Of a DNA stretch of 64,000 nt, positions 33,153 to 41,707 are shown one piece after another. Source of the DNA: Dehalococcoidia bacterium (lineage in GTDB: Bacteria; Chloroflexota; Dehalococcoidia; Lucifugimonadales; Australimonadaceae); the NCBI GenBank assembly GCA_965249185.1, contig CBDFLS010000002.1:205594-269593 (forward strand), given 5' to 3'. The notes below the pieces were generated by a model. The model was not told the origin of the DNA and did not search any database. It saw nothing but the letters and a program-made list of their open reading frames with translations. Within the stretch, counting starts at the first letter, position 1, and each line of letters opens with the position of its first letter. The position numbers and the translations under genes are program-made.

Positions 33153-34100
33153 CTACCGCAGCACGGCGAGCAGGGCCTCCTCCAGCTCTTCGGCGGTGGC
33201 GAAGCCTTCGAACTTGGCAGTGACCCGGCCCCGGGAGTCCACCACAAACACCCACGACTCGTTGAACCAGTCGGGCACCGTGCTCAGGCCCCATTCGTGC
33301 ACGATGGGCGAAAGGCGGGCGCGGCTCAGGTCTCCCTGAATCTCGGCCGGGTTGTCGTACACCTCCACATGGATGAAGTGGGCCTGGCCGCCGTACCGCT
33401 CGCCGAGCTCCTGGACGGTGTCGACCTGAGGCCCGCAAGTGGGGCTGGTGCAGAGGGCGGGCGTGGCGAAAACCAGTATCAGGGGCATCTCATCCGCCAC
33501 GGCATCGGCGATGCTAGTGCCGTAGAGCGCCGGGTCGGGCGTCGAGTCGGAGGTGAGCTCCGCCACGTCGCCGACATCCGCGAGGGTCTTGTTCTTGCTG
33601 GCGGGAGCCGATTGTCCGATATCCACTACGCCGATGCGCTCCTGGACCTCCAAGAGGAGCCGAGCGTTGCCGGCAAGCCCCGTCTCCTCTGGCACGGAGA
33701 TGTCCAGCATCCAGGCGCCCGGCCGGTCGAACGAGAGCTCGGCGGTGTAGGCGCCCCGGGTGCCATAGGGCCAGAGATGGAAGCGCGCGGTTTTCACCTG
33801 GCCCGCCTCCGGTGGGGCGTCCCCGCCCGGGAGGTAGGCCGACGAGACGGCCGCCTCCGGGGTGGTGACCAGGGCCGTGGGGCTGATGAGAATAAACGCC
33901 ACCCGCTGGGGACCCGTGCGCAGGACGGTGGTGGCGAGGATGGCGCTCAGGCCGGAGGCAGGCGATTCCACGGTCGCTGGAGTCGAATCGGGGCTGGGGG
34001 TTGGGGACTCCTCCGGCGGGGTGGGCGCCACGGAACCACAGGCCGTCAGCGCGCCGACGGCCAAGACCGCCACGACCGGAAGAAGCCCACGCCACGCCAT
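33153..34100 (-). CDS. thioredoxin-fold lipoprotein
   Basis: Lipobox LTAC in MAWRGLLPVVAVLAVGALTACGS. C-terminal LILVFATPALCTSPTCGPQV redox-like motif. The start may instead be the GTG at 34112. Confidence 0.6.
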   Translation of the reverse strand: MAWRGLLPVVAVLAVGALTACGSVAPTPPEESPTPSPDSTPATVESPASGLSAILATTVLRTGPQRVAFILISPTALVTTPEAAVSSAYLPGGDAPPEAGQVKTARFHLWPYGTRGAYTAELSFDRPGAWMLDISVPEETGLAGNARLLLEVQERIGVVDIGQSAPASKNKTLADVGDVAELTSDSTPDPALYGTSIADAVADEMPLILVFATPALCTSPTCGPQVDTVQELGERYGGQAHFIHVEVYDNPAEIQGDLSRARLSPIVHEWGLSTVPDWFNESWVFVVDSRGRVTAKFEGFATAEELEEALLAVLR

Positions 34101-34121
34101 ACTACTCACCACGGGAGGTTC

Positions 34122-35342
34122 TTACGGCCCCTGCTCGTAGGCGCCGAAGGTGAAAGCGAAGAGGGCGAACCCCTCGGACTTGGCGCTCAGCTTCAGATGG
34201 TGGCCGCCCAAGGTGGGAAGCGCCACGACGCCGTACATACGGGGCTGGTCCACCACAAAGTAGCTCCGGCCATCGCGAACGACGACATCGGCGCCCGCCT
34301 CCTCGGAAGACAGCGCCCTGCCGTCCAGGGTCACCTCCACCTCAAATGTCTCCAGCACCTGCGGATCGATGACCGCATTCACGCTGGTGGCGAAGAACTT
34401 GAGGGCGATGTAGTCCTCGAAGCCCTCGGTCCTCCGGCCATGAATGACGCTCTCCGGACCGTTGAACCAGGGGCCTTGGAGGTAGAAGACATGGTTGAAA
34501 TGCTCGCCGGGGTCCGTGTACTCACGCAGCACCCCCGATTGTTCGTAATACTCCAAGTGGCCAACGTAGAGCCCTTGCTGCGAGTAGTTGCGGAGGGACC
34601 CGCCATAGAGCTCCCGGGTCAGGGAGGTCTCGGGCTCCGCTGAGAAGGCCCCGGGGTCGAACGCCGGAGAGGGCGAGTAGTCCGGCTCGACATCGCTCAG
34701 ATCGGCGCCGTTCTGCAACAGGAGGTCCCGGACCCGCCGCTCGGTCTGGTCGTAGGCGCCCTCGCCGAGATGGGAGTACCGGACAAAACCCTCCGCATCG
34801 ATAAGGTACTTGGCGGGCCAGGCGCGGTTCTCATATGCCCGCCACGTGCCAAATTCGTTGTCCTGGGCCACCGGATAGGCGAGATTGTGCTCTGCGATGG
34901 CCCGGACAACGTTCTCCCGGAGCTTCTCGAACTCGAACTCAGGGGTGTGGACGCCCACGATAACCAGGCCGTGCTCAGCGTACTTGTCGTGCCACGCCCG
35001 CAGGTAGGGAAAGGTGCGAATGCAGTTGACGCAGGTGTAGGTCCAGAAGTCCACCAGCACGACCTTCCCCCGGAGCCCAGCCATCGTGAGCGGCTCGGAG
35101 CCGATCCAGCTCTCGATTCCCTGGAACTCGGGCGCCCGATTGCCCACGCCCCCGCCCACGCTCGCGTCATCGTCAGGCGGCTCCGAAGGGCGCTCCGGCG
35201 TGGCCGTTTGCGATGGGCCGGTGGTGGACGTCGGCTCAGTGGTAGGCGTGGGCCTCGGGTCTGCCCCGCCGCACGCCACCAGCAGCGAGCCGAGAAGAAG
35301 CAGCGGGACGATGAGGAAGGGCCGGAATTTTCGAGCCTTCAT
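34122..35342 (-). CDS. redoxin/TlpA-like lipoprotein with a DipZ-C-terminal-like extra domain
   Basis: MKARKFRPFLIVPLLLLGSLLVACGG lipobox. VVLVDFWTYTCVNCIRTFPYL supplies the CxxC. The start was moved to the ATG at 35342. Confidence 0.7.
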   Translation of the reverse strand: MKARKFRPFLIVPLLLLGSLLVACGGADPRPTPTTEPTSTTGPSQTATPERPSEPPDDDASVGGGVGNRAPEFQGIESWIGSEPLTMAGLRGKVVLVDFWTYTCVNCIRTFPYLRAWHDKYAEHGLVIVGVHTPEFEFEKLRENVVRAIAEHNLAYPVAQDNEFGTWRAYENRAWPAKYLIDAEGFVRYSHLGEGAYDQTERRVRDLLLQNGADLSDVEPDYSPSPAFDPGAFSAEPETSLTRELYGGSLRNYSQQGLYVGHLEYYEQSGVLREYTDPGEHFNHVFYLQGPWFNGPESVIHGRRTEGFEDYIALKFFATSVNAVIDPQVLETFEVEVTLDGRALSSEEAGADVVVRDGRSYFVVDQPRMYGVVALPTLGGHHLKLSAKSEGFALFAFTFGAYEQGP

Positions 35343-35555
35343 GGGCCTAAACCTTGAGGCGGGGTGTCGCACCGGAGCGGCACGGAGGAGTTGCGGGTGC
35401 TTTTCGTATGATACACCCCGGCGACCCGTCCCAGCGGATGTGCCTCTATTATTGCCGCTCGCTATGACGGCCAACTTAAGCATTCACCTATCTCCTTACG
35501 TCTGTACGTCTGTGCCGGGCCGGCTGATGCCGCTCTGCTATACTACGTCGCAGCT

Positions 35556-36473
35556 ATGGTTAAGGATCTCCTCTCTATCAACGACGTGAGCGACGACGAG
35601 GTGGCCCACCTGCTCCAGCGGGCGGATGCCTACCAGCGCGGCCAGGCCAGCGGCGTGCTGGCCGGCAAGAGCGTGGCGCTCCTTTTCGAGAAGCCCTCTC
35701 TGCGCACCAAGGTGAGCTTCGCCGTGGCGGTCCACGAGCTGGGCGGGCATGCCGTGTACCTGGGCCGCGACGAGGTGAGCCTGGACAGCCGCGAGCCGGT
35801 GGAGGACGTGGCGAAGGTGCTGGAGCGGTACGTCTCGGCCATCGTGGCCAGGGTGAATGCCCACGGCACGCTGGAGCGCTTGGGCTCGGCGGCATCGGTC
35901 CCCGTGATCAACGCGCTCTCGGACCGGGAGCACCCGTGTCAGGCCCTGGGAGACCTGCTCACCATTCGGCGGTGCCGCGGAGACTTGCAGGGGACTACGG
36001 TGGCGTACGTGGGCGACGCCAACAACGTGGCGCTCAGCCTGGCGTTGGCGTGTGCGGCCGTGGGCGCTCCCTTCCGGCTGGCGGCTCCCGAAGGCTACGG
36101 CTTCAGCCAGGAGGCCAGGAGCTCGATTGAGCAGCGGTACCAGGCCGGCGGCACGCAGGGCCTCCAGACGACGAGCGACCCGGTGGAGGCGGTGACGGAT
36201 GCCGATGTGGTCTACTCGGACGTCTGGACCAGCATGGGCCAAGAGACGGAGGCGGCGCGGCGCCGGAAGGCGTTCGCGGGCTTCCAGGTGAACGAGGCGC
36301 TGCTGGCCCATGCACGGCCTCAGGCGCTCTTCATGCACCCCATGCCCGCCCACTACGGCGAGGAGGTCCCTCCGAATATGCTCGCCCATCCCCAGTCAGT
36401 GGCCTACGATCAGGCCGAGAACCGTCTGCACGCCCAGAAGGCAGTATTGGAGCTGCTGATGCGACCGGACTAG
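35556..36473 (+). CDS. argF: ornithine carbamoyltransferase-family protein (atypical motifs)
   Basis: SLRTKVSF, HPCQALGDL, DVWTSMG and ENRLHAQKAVL are OTCase-like, but FMHPMPA replaces the usual FMHCLPA. Confidence 0.75.
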   Translation: MVKDLLSINDVSDDEVAHLLQRADAYQRGQASGVLAGKSVALLFEKPSLRTKVSFAVAVHELGGHAVYLGRDEVSLDSREPVEDVAKVLERYVSAIVARVNAHGTLERLGSAASVPVINALSDREHPCQALGDLLTIRRCRGDLQGTTVAYVGDANNVALSLALACAAVGAPFRLAAPEGYGFSQEARSSIEQRYQAGGTQGLQTTSDPVEAVTDADVVYSDVWTSMGQETEAARRRKAFAGFQVNEALLAHARPQALFMHPMPAHYGEEVPPNMLAHPQSVAYDQAENRLHAQKAVLELLMRPD

Positions 36474-36498
36474 CCACCCGCGACCCTATGCTCACGCC

Positions 36499-37905
36499 AT
36501 GACCACCACCACAACCGCCGCCGCAAACATCGTCCCTACTTCGCCGGCCCGGCCCCTCGTGGCGATCGTGGGCCAGCCCAACGTGGGCAAGTCCAGCCTG
36601 TTCAACCGGCTGGCCGGCCGGCGCGTGGCCATAGTGGCGGACGAAGCGGGCACCACACGAGACCGTATCTCGGCGGAGGTAGTCCACCGGGAGAGGAGCT
36701 TCATCCTGGTTGACACGGGAGGTCTGGTCGCGAGCCCCAAGGGCTCGCTCGAGGCGCAGGTGGTCTGGCAGACGGACGCGGCGGTGGAGGAGGCGGATGT
36801 GGTGGTGTTTCTCACCGATGTGACTCGAGGGATCACCCCTGGGGACCTGGAGGCGGCCCAGCGGCTCAGGCGCTCCAAGCGGCCGGTGGTGCTCGTGTGC
36901 AATAAAGTGGACCGCACGGCACAGGAGCCGCTGGTAGCGGAGCTGAACGAGCTGGGCATGGGAGAGCCAGTCCCTATCAGCGCCTACCACGGCGATGGCA
37001 TAGACGAGCTACTTGATGCGGTGCTGGGGCGCCTGCCACCCCAATCGGCTGCCCCGGAGTCCAGCGCCGCGGGCCCGCAACTGGCCATCGTCGGGCGGCC
37101 CAACGTGGGCAAGTCCACCCTGTCCAACGCGCTCCTGGGCCAGGAGCGCTCCGTGGTGAGCGAGATACCAGGCACGACCCGCGATGCCATAGATACACCG
37201 CTGGAGTACGCCGGTGAGCCGGCGGTGCTTATAGATACAGCCGGGATCCGGCGCCGGGGTAGCGTAACCCCAGGGATAGAGCGGTACAGCGTGCTGCGGG
37301 CGATCCGCGCCATAGACCGGTGCGATGTGGCCCTCCTGGTCTTGGACGCCACGGAGCTGGTCACGGCCCAGGACCAGCACATCGCCGGCATGGTCATGGA
37401 CTCGTTCAAGGGCATCGTGGCTGCGGTCAACAAGTGGGACCTGGTGCCGGAGGCGGAACGGGACGAGGATGCGGCGCGCCGGGTCGTGCGCTCGCGTCTC
37501 CGGTTCATGGAGCATATTCCCGTGCGGTTTATCTCCGCGGTCCAGCACGAGGGGCTGGACGGGCTCATGCAAACGGCCTTTTACGTCAATCGGCAGCGGC
37601 AGCAGTGGATCACGCCAAGCAGGTTGGAGGCGGTGATGATGAGTGCCATCTCCGAGCATCTGCCTCCCAAACAGGGGAGCCGCTCCATGAAGATCTACAG
37701 GGCCAAGCAGGAGGGTGTGAACCCGCCCACGTTCGTCTTCTACTGTAATAACCCCACGCTGATGCACTTCTCTTATGAACGGTATCTGGAGAATGTGCTC
37801 CGGAGGGCGTTCGGGTTCCAGGGGATCCACCTGCGGCTCGAGTTCCGCGGCAAGGGAAAGATCCACATAATCGGCGATCACCGGACAGGCAGCAAGAGGC
37901 GGTAG
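36499..37905 (+). CDS. der: ribosome biogenesis GTPase Der (EngA)
   Basis: Two G domains (GQPNVGKSSLFN, GRPNVGKSTLSN) plus a KH-like C-terminus. Confidence 0.95.
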   Translation: MTTTTTAAANIVPTSPARPLVAIVGQPNVGKSSLFNRLAGRRVAIVADEAGTTRDRISAEVVHRERSFILVDTGGLVASPKGSLEAQVVWQTDAAVEEADVVVFLTDVTRGITPGDLEAAQRLRRSKRPVVLVCNKVDRTAQEPLVAELNELGMGEPVPISAYHGDGIDELLDAVLGRLPPQSAAPESSAAGPQLAIVGRPNVGKSTLSNALLGQERSVVSEIPGTTRDAIDTPLEYAGEPAVLIDTAGIRRRGSVTPGIERYSVLRAIRAIDRCDVALLVLDATELVTAQDQHIAGMVMDSFKGIVAAVNKWDLVPEAERDEDAARRVVRSRLRFMEHIPVRFISAVQHEGLDGLMQTAFYVNRQRQQWITPSRLEAVMMSAISEHLPPKQGSRSMKIYRAKQEGVNPPTFVFYCNNPTLMHFSYERYLENVLRRAFGFQGIHLRLEFRGKGKIHIIGDHRTGSKRR

Positions 37906-37908
37906 CCC

Positions 37909-38514
37909 ATGAGTCCGTGGTGGCTGGTGCCGCTGGCCTATCTCGCGGGGAGCATCCCCTGGGGACTGCTCACGGTCCGCGTGCTCAAAAACGTCGATGT
38001 CCGTGACTACGGCAGCCGCAAGACGGGTGTGACCAATGTGCTGCGGACGGCGGGTAAGGGACCCGCGGCCCTGGTGATGGCGGCCGACACGGGCAAAGGG
38101 GTGCTCATGGTGGTGGCCGTCCGTGTCATGACCGATGACGCCGCGGTGCATGCGGCGGTGGCTGGCGCCGTGCTGGCCGGGCACATATGGCCCGTGTTCG
38201 CGGGCTTTCGCGGCGGCAGGGGCATCGCCCCAGGCATGGGCGCCGCCGCCGCCCTGGACCCGTGGAGCGCGCTGGCGGGAGTGGGCCTGTTCGTGCCGGT
38301 GGTGTTCACCACACGCTACGTATCCCTGGGCTCCATTATCGGGGTGCTCGCGGTTCTTGTGTTCTTTGTGATAACGGCGGCGGTGAAAATACACCCCGCG
38401 GCATATCTGGCATACGTGGCGCCGGGGGCGGTGGTGGTGCTCTGGATGCACCGGGACAACATACGCCGTCTGCTGAAGGGCACGGAGCGCCGGTTGGGGG
38501 AACGCGCCCAATGA
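37909..38514 (+). CDS. plsY: glycerol-3-phosphate acyltransferase PlsY
   Basis: YLAGSIPWGLL...GSRKTGVTNVLR...FRGGRGIA. Conserved der-plsY adjacency. Confidence 0.9.
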   Translation: MSPWWLVPLAYLAGSIPWGLLTVRVLKNVDVRDYGSRKTGVTNVLRTAGKGPAALVMAADTGKGVLMVVAVRVMTDDAAVHAAVAGAVLAGHIWPVFAGFRGGRGIAPGMGAAAALDPWSALAGVGLFVPVVFTTRYVSLGSIIGVLAVLVFFVITAAVKIHPAAYLAYVAPGAVVVLWMHRDNIRRLLKGTERRLGERAQ

Positions 38515-38530
38515 GCCGCGGGTAAGCGAC

Positions 38531-38560
38531 TTTACCCCCGCGACCCGCCTATGCTATAGT
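38531..38560 (+). promoter_or_regulatory. candidate infC operon promoter (-35 TTTACC, 18-nt spacer, -10 TATAGT)
   Basis: Read directly, about 55 nt upstream of the infC ATG. Confidence 0.35.
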
Positions 38561-38616
38561 CCACGCAGCGGGCGGAGCCACGACGATGTGGCGTCCGGCC
38601 TGCACCAACACAATAG

Positions 38617-39204
38617 ATGCCAGGCACCGCCAAAGACTACCGAATAAACCAGCGTATCCGCGTCCCCGAAGTGCTGGTCATAGATGAGCTGGGGGAGCAG
38701 CTTGGCGTCCTTGCCACCCAGCGCGCTCTTGAGCTGGCGGAGGAGCGGGGACTCGACCTGGTGGAGGTGGCCCCCAACGCCGCTCCGCCGGTCTGCCGCC
38801 TGCTGGACTACGGCAAGTTCAAGTACATCCAGACCACCAAGGAGCGGGAGGCCCGCAAGACGCAGAAGGTGGTCGGCCTCCGGCAGGTCCGTTTCCGGAC
38901 ACGCATCGGCGAGCATGACCTCCAGGCAAAGGAACGCCTGATGCACAAGTTCCTGGATGCCGGGGCGAAGGTGAAGGTCTCGGTGATGTTCCGGGGGCGT
39001 GAGATCACCCATCCGGAGCTAGGGATGAACCTCCTGCGGAAGGTGGTCGAGAAGATGAAGGAGAAGTCGAAGCTGGAACAGGCGCCCTCTATGGAAGGGC
39101 GGATGATGACGCTCATCCTGGCGCCGCTGCCAAGCCAACAACACCCAGCCAAGGACTCCAAGCAAGACGAGGACGTGGCGCATGCCGAAGCTCAAAACGC
39201 ATAA
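38617..39204 (+). CDS. infC: translation initiation factor IF-3
   Basis: INQRIRVPEVLVIDELGEQLGV...CRLLDYGKFKY... Confidence 0.95.
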   Translation: MPGTAKDYRINQRIRVPEVLVIDELGEQLGVLATQRALELAEERGLDLVEVAPNAAPPVCRLLDYGKFKYIQTTKEREARKTQKVVGLRQVRFRTRIGEHDLQAKERLMHKFLDAGAKVKVSVMFRGREITHPELGMNLLRKVVEKMKEKSKLEQAPSMEGRMMTLILAPLPSQQHPAKDSKQDEDVAHAEAQNA

Positions 39205-39385
39205 GGGAGCGGCGTCCCGCATAAAGGTCACCGGCAGCGGGAAGCTGATGCGCATGAAGCGCCACAGCAGTCACTTGCGTCGCAAGAAGCCCACGGCGGT
39301 GAAGCGGCTCTTCGCCGCCAAGCTGCCGCTCGACGCGACGCAGCGGCGGCGCGTTCAACGAATGCTCCCCTACGCCGGCCGCTAA
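39182..39385 (+). CDS. rpmI: 50S ribosomal protein L35
   Basis: MPKLKTHKGAASRIKVTGSGKLMR. Confidence 0.95.
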   Translation: MPKLKTHKGAASRIKVTGSGKLMRMKRHSSHLRRKKPTAVKRLFAAKLPLDATQRRRVQRMLPYAGR

Positions 39386-39406
39386 CCGACGATTCAGGAG
39401 GCCATC

Positions 39407-39781
39407 TTGGCGCGCGTAAAGCGTGGCGTCACCGCCCATCGCAGACATAAGAAGGTGCTGGCCATCACGAAGGGCCACCGTGGCTCAAAGCACCTGCTGT
39501 ACCGACGCGCCCACGAGTCGATGATCCACGCGCTGAAGTACGCGTACCGCCACCGGCGCGAGCGCAAGGGCGACCTGCGGCGGCTGTGGATAGTCCGGAT
39601 TGGAGCTGCCACCCGACAGCACGGCCTTCCCTATAACGTCTTCATTCACGGCCTGAAGCTGGCCAATGTGGAGATGGACCGAAAGGTGATGGCGGACCTA
39701 GCGGTCCGCGATGCCACGGCCTTCGGCGAGCTGGTGACGGCGGCGAAGAGCAGCCTGGCGGCTCGATCCGCCAGCGCGTAG
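39407..39781 (+). CDS. rplT: 50S ribosomal protein L20
   Basis: MARVKRGVTAHRRHKKVLAITKG. TTG start with AGGAG upstream. Confidence 0.95.
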   Translation: MARVKRGVTAHRRHKKVLAITKGHRGSKHLLYRRAHESMIHALKYAYRHRRERKGDLRRLWIVRIGAATRQHGLPYNVFIHGLKLANVEMDRKVMADLAVRDATAFGELVTAAKSSLAARSASA

Positions 39782-39816
39782 AGCCGCCTCGCCCCCCGCA
39801 TCGGGGTATCCCGCCC

Positions 39817-40275
39817 CTACCCGTCCGCGCTCTCCTCCTCCTTGTTCACCTGGACCGTACCGTAGTACGCGCCGTGGGCCAGCACTCTGTCCAGGGCCTC
39901 GCGGCCGATGTGCCGAGGTGACGCCGCACCGACCCAGAGATCGGAGAACCGCTGGTGCAAGGCGCTCAGGGAGAGCGGCTCCGGAGCGGCCAGCATCAGA
40001 CGGAAGGCGAGCTCCTGGAGCGGCAGGTCCGGCTCCAAGTAGTCCGGCTGCCGAGAACAATGGGTCTGAATCCGTTTACGGTGGTCCTTGGCGCTGGCTT
40101 TTTTCGGCTTGTCCTTGGTGCCGCCTCGTGCGGGCGCGGCCTTGCAGGTCTTGCACCGCCGGCTGCCGACCAGCGCCTCCGGGTCGCGCCCCAGGGCCTC
40201 AATCAGATCAAAATTGGTGGTATAGATCGACTCTGGAGCCTCCTGAGTCTCCGTCTCTGGTACCGCCGTGGGCAT
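39817..40275 (-). CDS. hypothetical protein (152 aa) with a central Lys-rich segment
   Basis: The ATG at 40275 is preceded by GGAGGTGA. I recognise no family. Confidence 0.5.
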   Translation of the reverse strand: MPTAVPETETQEAPESIYTTNFDLIEALGRDPEALVGSRRCKTCKAAPARGGTKDKPKKASAKDHRKRIQTHCSRQPDYLEPDLPLQELAFRLMLAAPEPLSLSALHQRFSDLWVGAASPRHIGREALDRVLAHGAYYGTVQVNKEEESADG

Positions 40276-40402
40276 CTTGTCACCTCCGTGTATTTTGGGC
40301 GCTCCGCAATCCGCTCGCCACGACGCTGATCCCGGTTTCCACAAGCGAGCGATGGACTGCAGTCGGCGCGGCGATTCCTCTCACTCCAAAACGAGCGGGC
40401 AA

Positions 40403-41707
40403 CTACAGTGGACAGTCTACCCAATCCAGCAATTGGACTGTTACTGTCTCGCCGCGCCTTTTTTCGGGAATATCCTCGGGGCAGATGGCCAGGCCGTGGG
40501 CCTCGACCATGGAGGTGAGGAGATTGGAGCCCTGGGGACCCGCGAGCCTGGCGTAGAGTACGCCGTCGCGCCGCCGCAGCGTCACCCGGGCGAAGACACG
40601 CCGGCCGTCGGGGTTCACAACGGGCTCCTCCAGCACCGCCTCGACCTGGGATAAGGGCCGCGGGGCACGGCCCATCATCTTGAAGATGGCCGGACGGGCG
40701 AACTCCACCAGGGCCACCAGGGCGCTCACCGGGTTGCCGGGCAGGCCCAGGTGCGGCACCTGACGGCCGCCGGGTCCGCGCAAGAGCCCGAAGGCCAGGG
40801 GTCTGGAGGGCCGCATGCGCACCGCCCAGAAGCTGATGCTCCCCAGCTCCGCCAGGACATCCTTCACCATGTCGTAGGCGCCGCCGCTGACGCCCGCGGA
40901 TGTCACGAGCATGTCGGCCCGGAGTCCCCGGCGCAGCTTCCGGCGCAGCTCTCCCATGCTGTCCCCGGCGATGCCCAGCAAGTGGGGGATCCCCCCGTAC
41001 TGGCGGACCGCCGAGGCGATGCCGAAGCTGTTGCTATCGTAGAGCCTGCCCGGCTCCAGCGGCGCGCCCGGCGCCAGCACCTCGTCGCCGGTGGCCAGGA
41101 TGGCGACGCGAGGCCGGCGAACCACCCGGGCGTGGGTGCGGCCCAGCGAGGCCAGCATGCCGATAGCGGGGGGGTCCAGCACGCGGCCCTCGCTCAGCGC
41201 GAGGCTCCCGCGCCGCAGGTCCTCGCCGGCGGGACGGACGTTGTGGCCTCGCTTCACGGACTGGTGAACGGCGATTCGGGTCAACGGCTGACCCGCCTTC
41301 AGGCGCTGGGGCTCGTCGGTAAGCTCGTAGGGCACCACGGAATCGGCGCCCTCGGGCAGGGGCGCGCCGGTCATGATCCGCACGGCGGTCCCGGCCGTGA
41401 CAGCGCCCGCGGGCAGGTACCCGGCCTGGACCTGGCCAACGACGCTCAGCTCCACCGGCCGCTCGGGAGCGGCGGCGGCCACATCGGCCTGCCGGACGGC
41501 GTAGCCGTCCATGGCCGAGTTGGCGAGGCCGGGGATGTCGAAGGGCGCGCGCACCTCCTCCGCTAGGACTTGGCCCTGGGCGTCGAGCAGGGGGGCCTCC
41601 TCCGGCTCCAGACGCTCCACCAGGGCCAGCACCCGCTCCAACGCCTCCTCCACGCTGAGCATGTCGGCCCGGTGAGGATGGGCATGAGCGTGGTGTTTGA
41701 CCGCCAT
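40403..41707 (-). CDS. moeA: molybdopterin molybdotransferase MoeA
   Basis: LSVEEALERVL...FDIPGLANSAMDGYAV...ILATGDE... . The start ATG shares one nucleotide with the pheT stop (TGATG). The longer 630-aa ORF is rejected. Confidence 0.85.
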   Translation of the reverse strand: MAVKHHAHAHPHRADMLSVEEALERVLALVERLEPEEAPLLDAQGQVLAEEVRAPFDIPGLANSAMDGYAVRQADVAAAAPERPVELSVVGQVQAGYLPAGAVTAGTAVRIMTGAPLPEGADSVVPYELTDEPQRLKAGQPLTRIAVHQSVKRGHNVRPAGEDLRRGSLALSEGRVLDPPAIGMLASLGRTHARVVRRPRVAILATGDEVLAPGAPLEPGRLYDSNSFGIASAVRQYGGIPHLLGIAGDSMGELRRKLRRGLRADMLVTSAGVSGGAYDMVKDVLAELGSISFWAVRMRPSRPLAFGLLRGPGGRQVPHLGLPGNPVSALVALVEFARPAIFKMMGRAPRPLSQVEAVLEEPVVNPDGRRVFARVTLRRRDGVLYARLAGPQGSNLLTSMVEAHGLAICPEDIPEKRRGETVTVQLLDWVDCPL

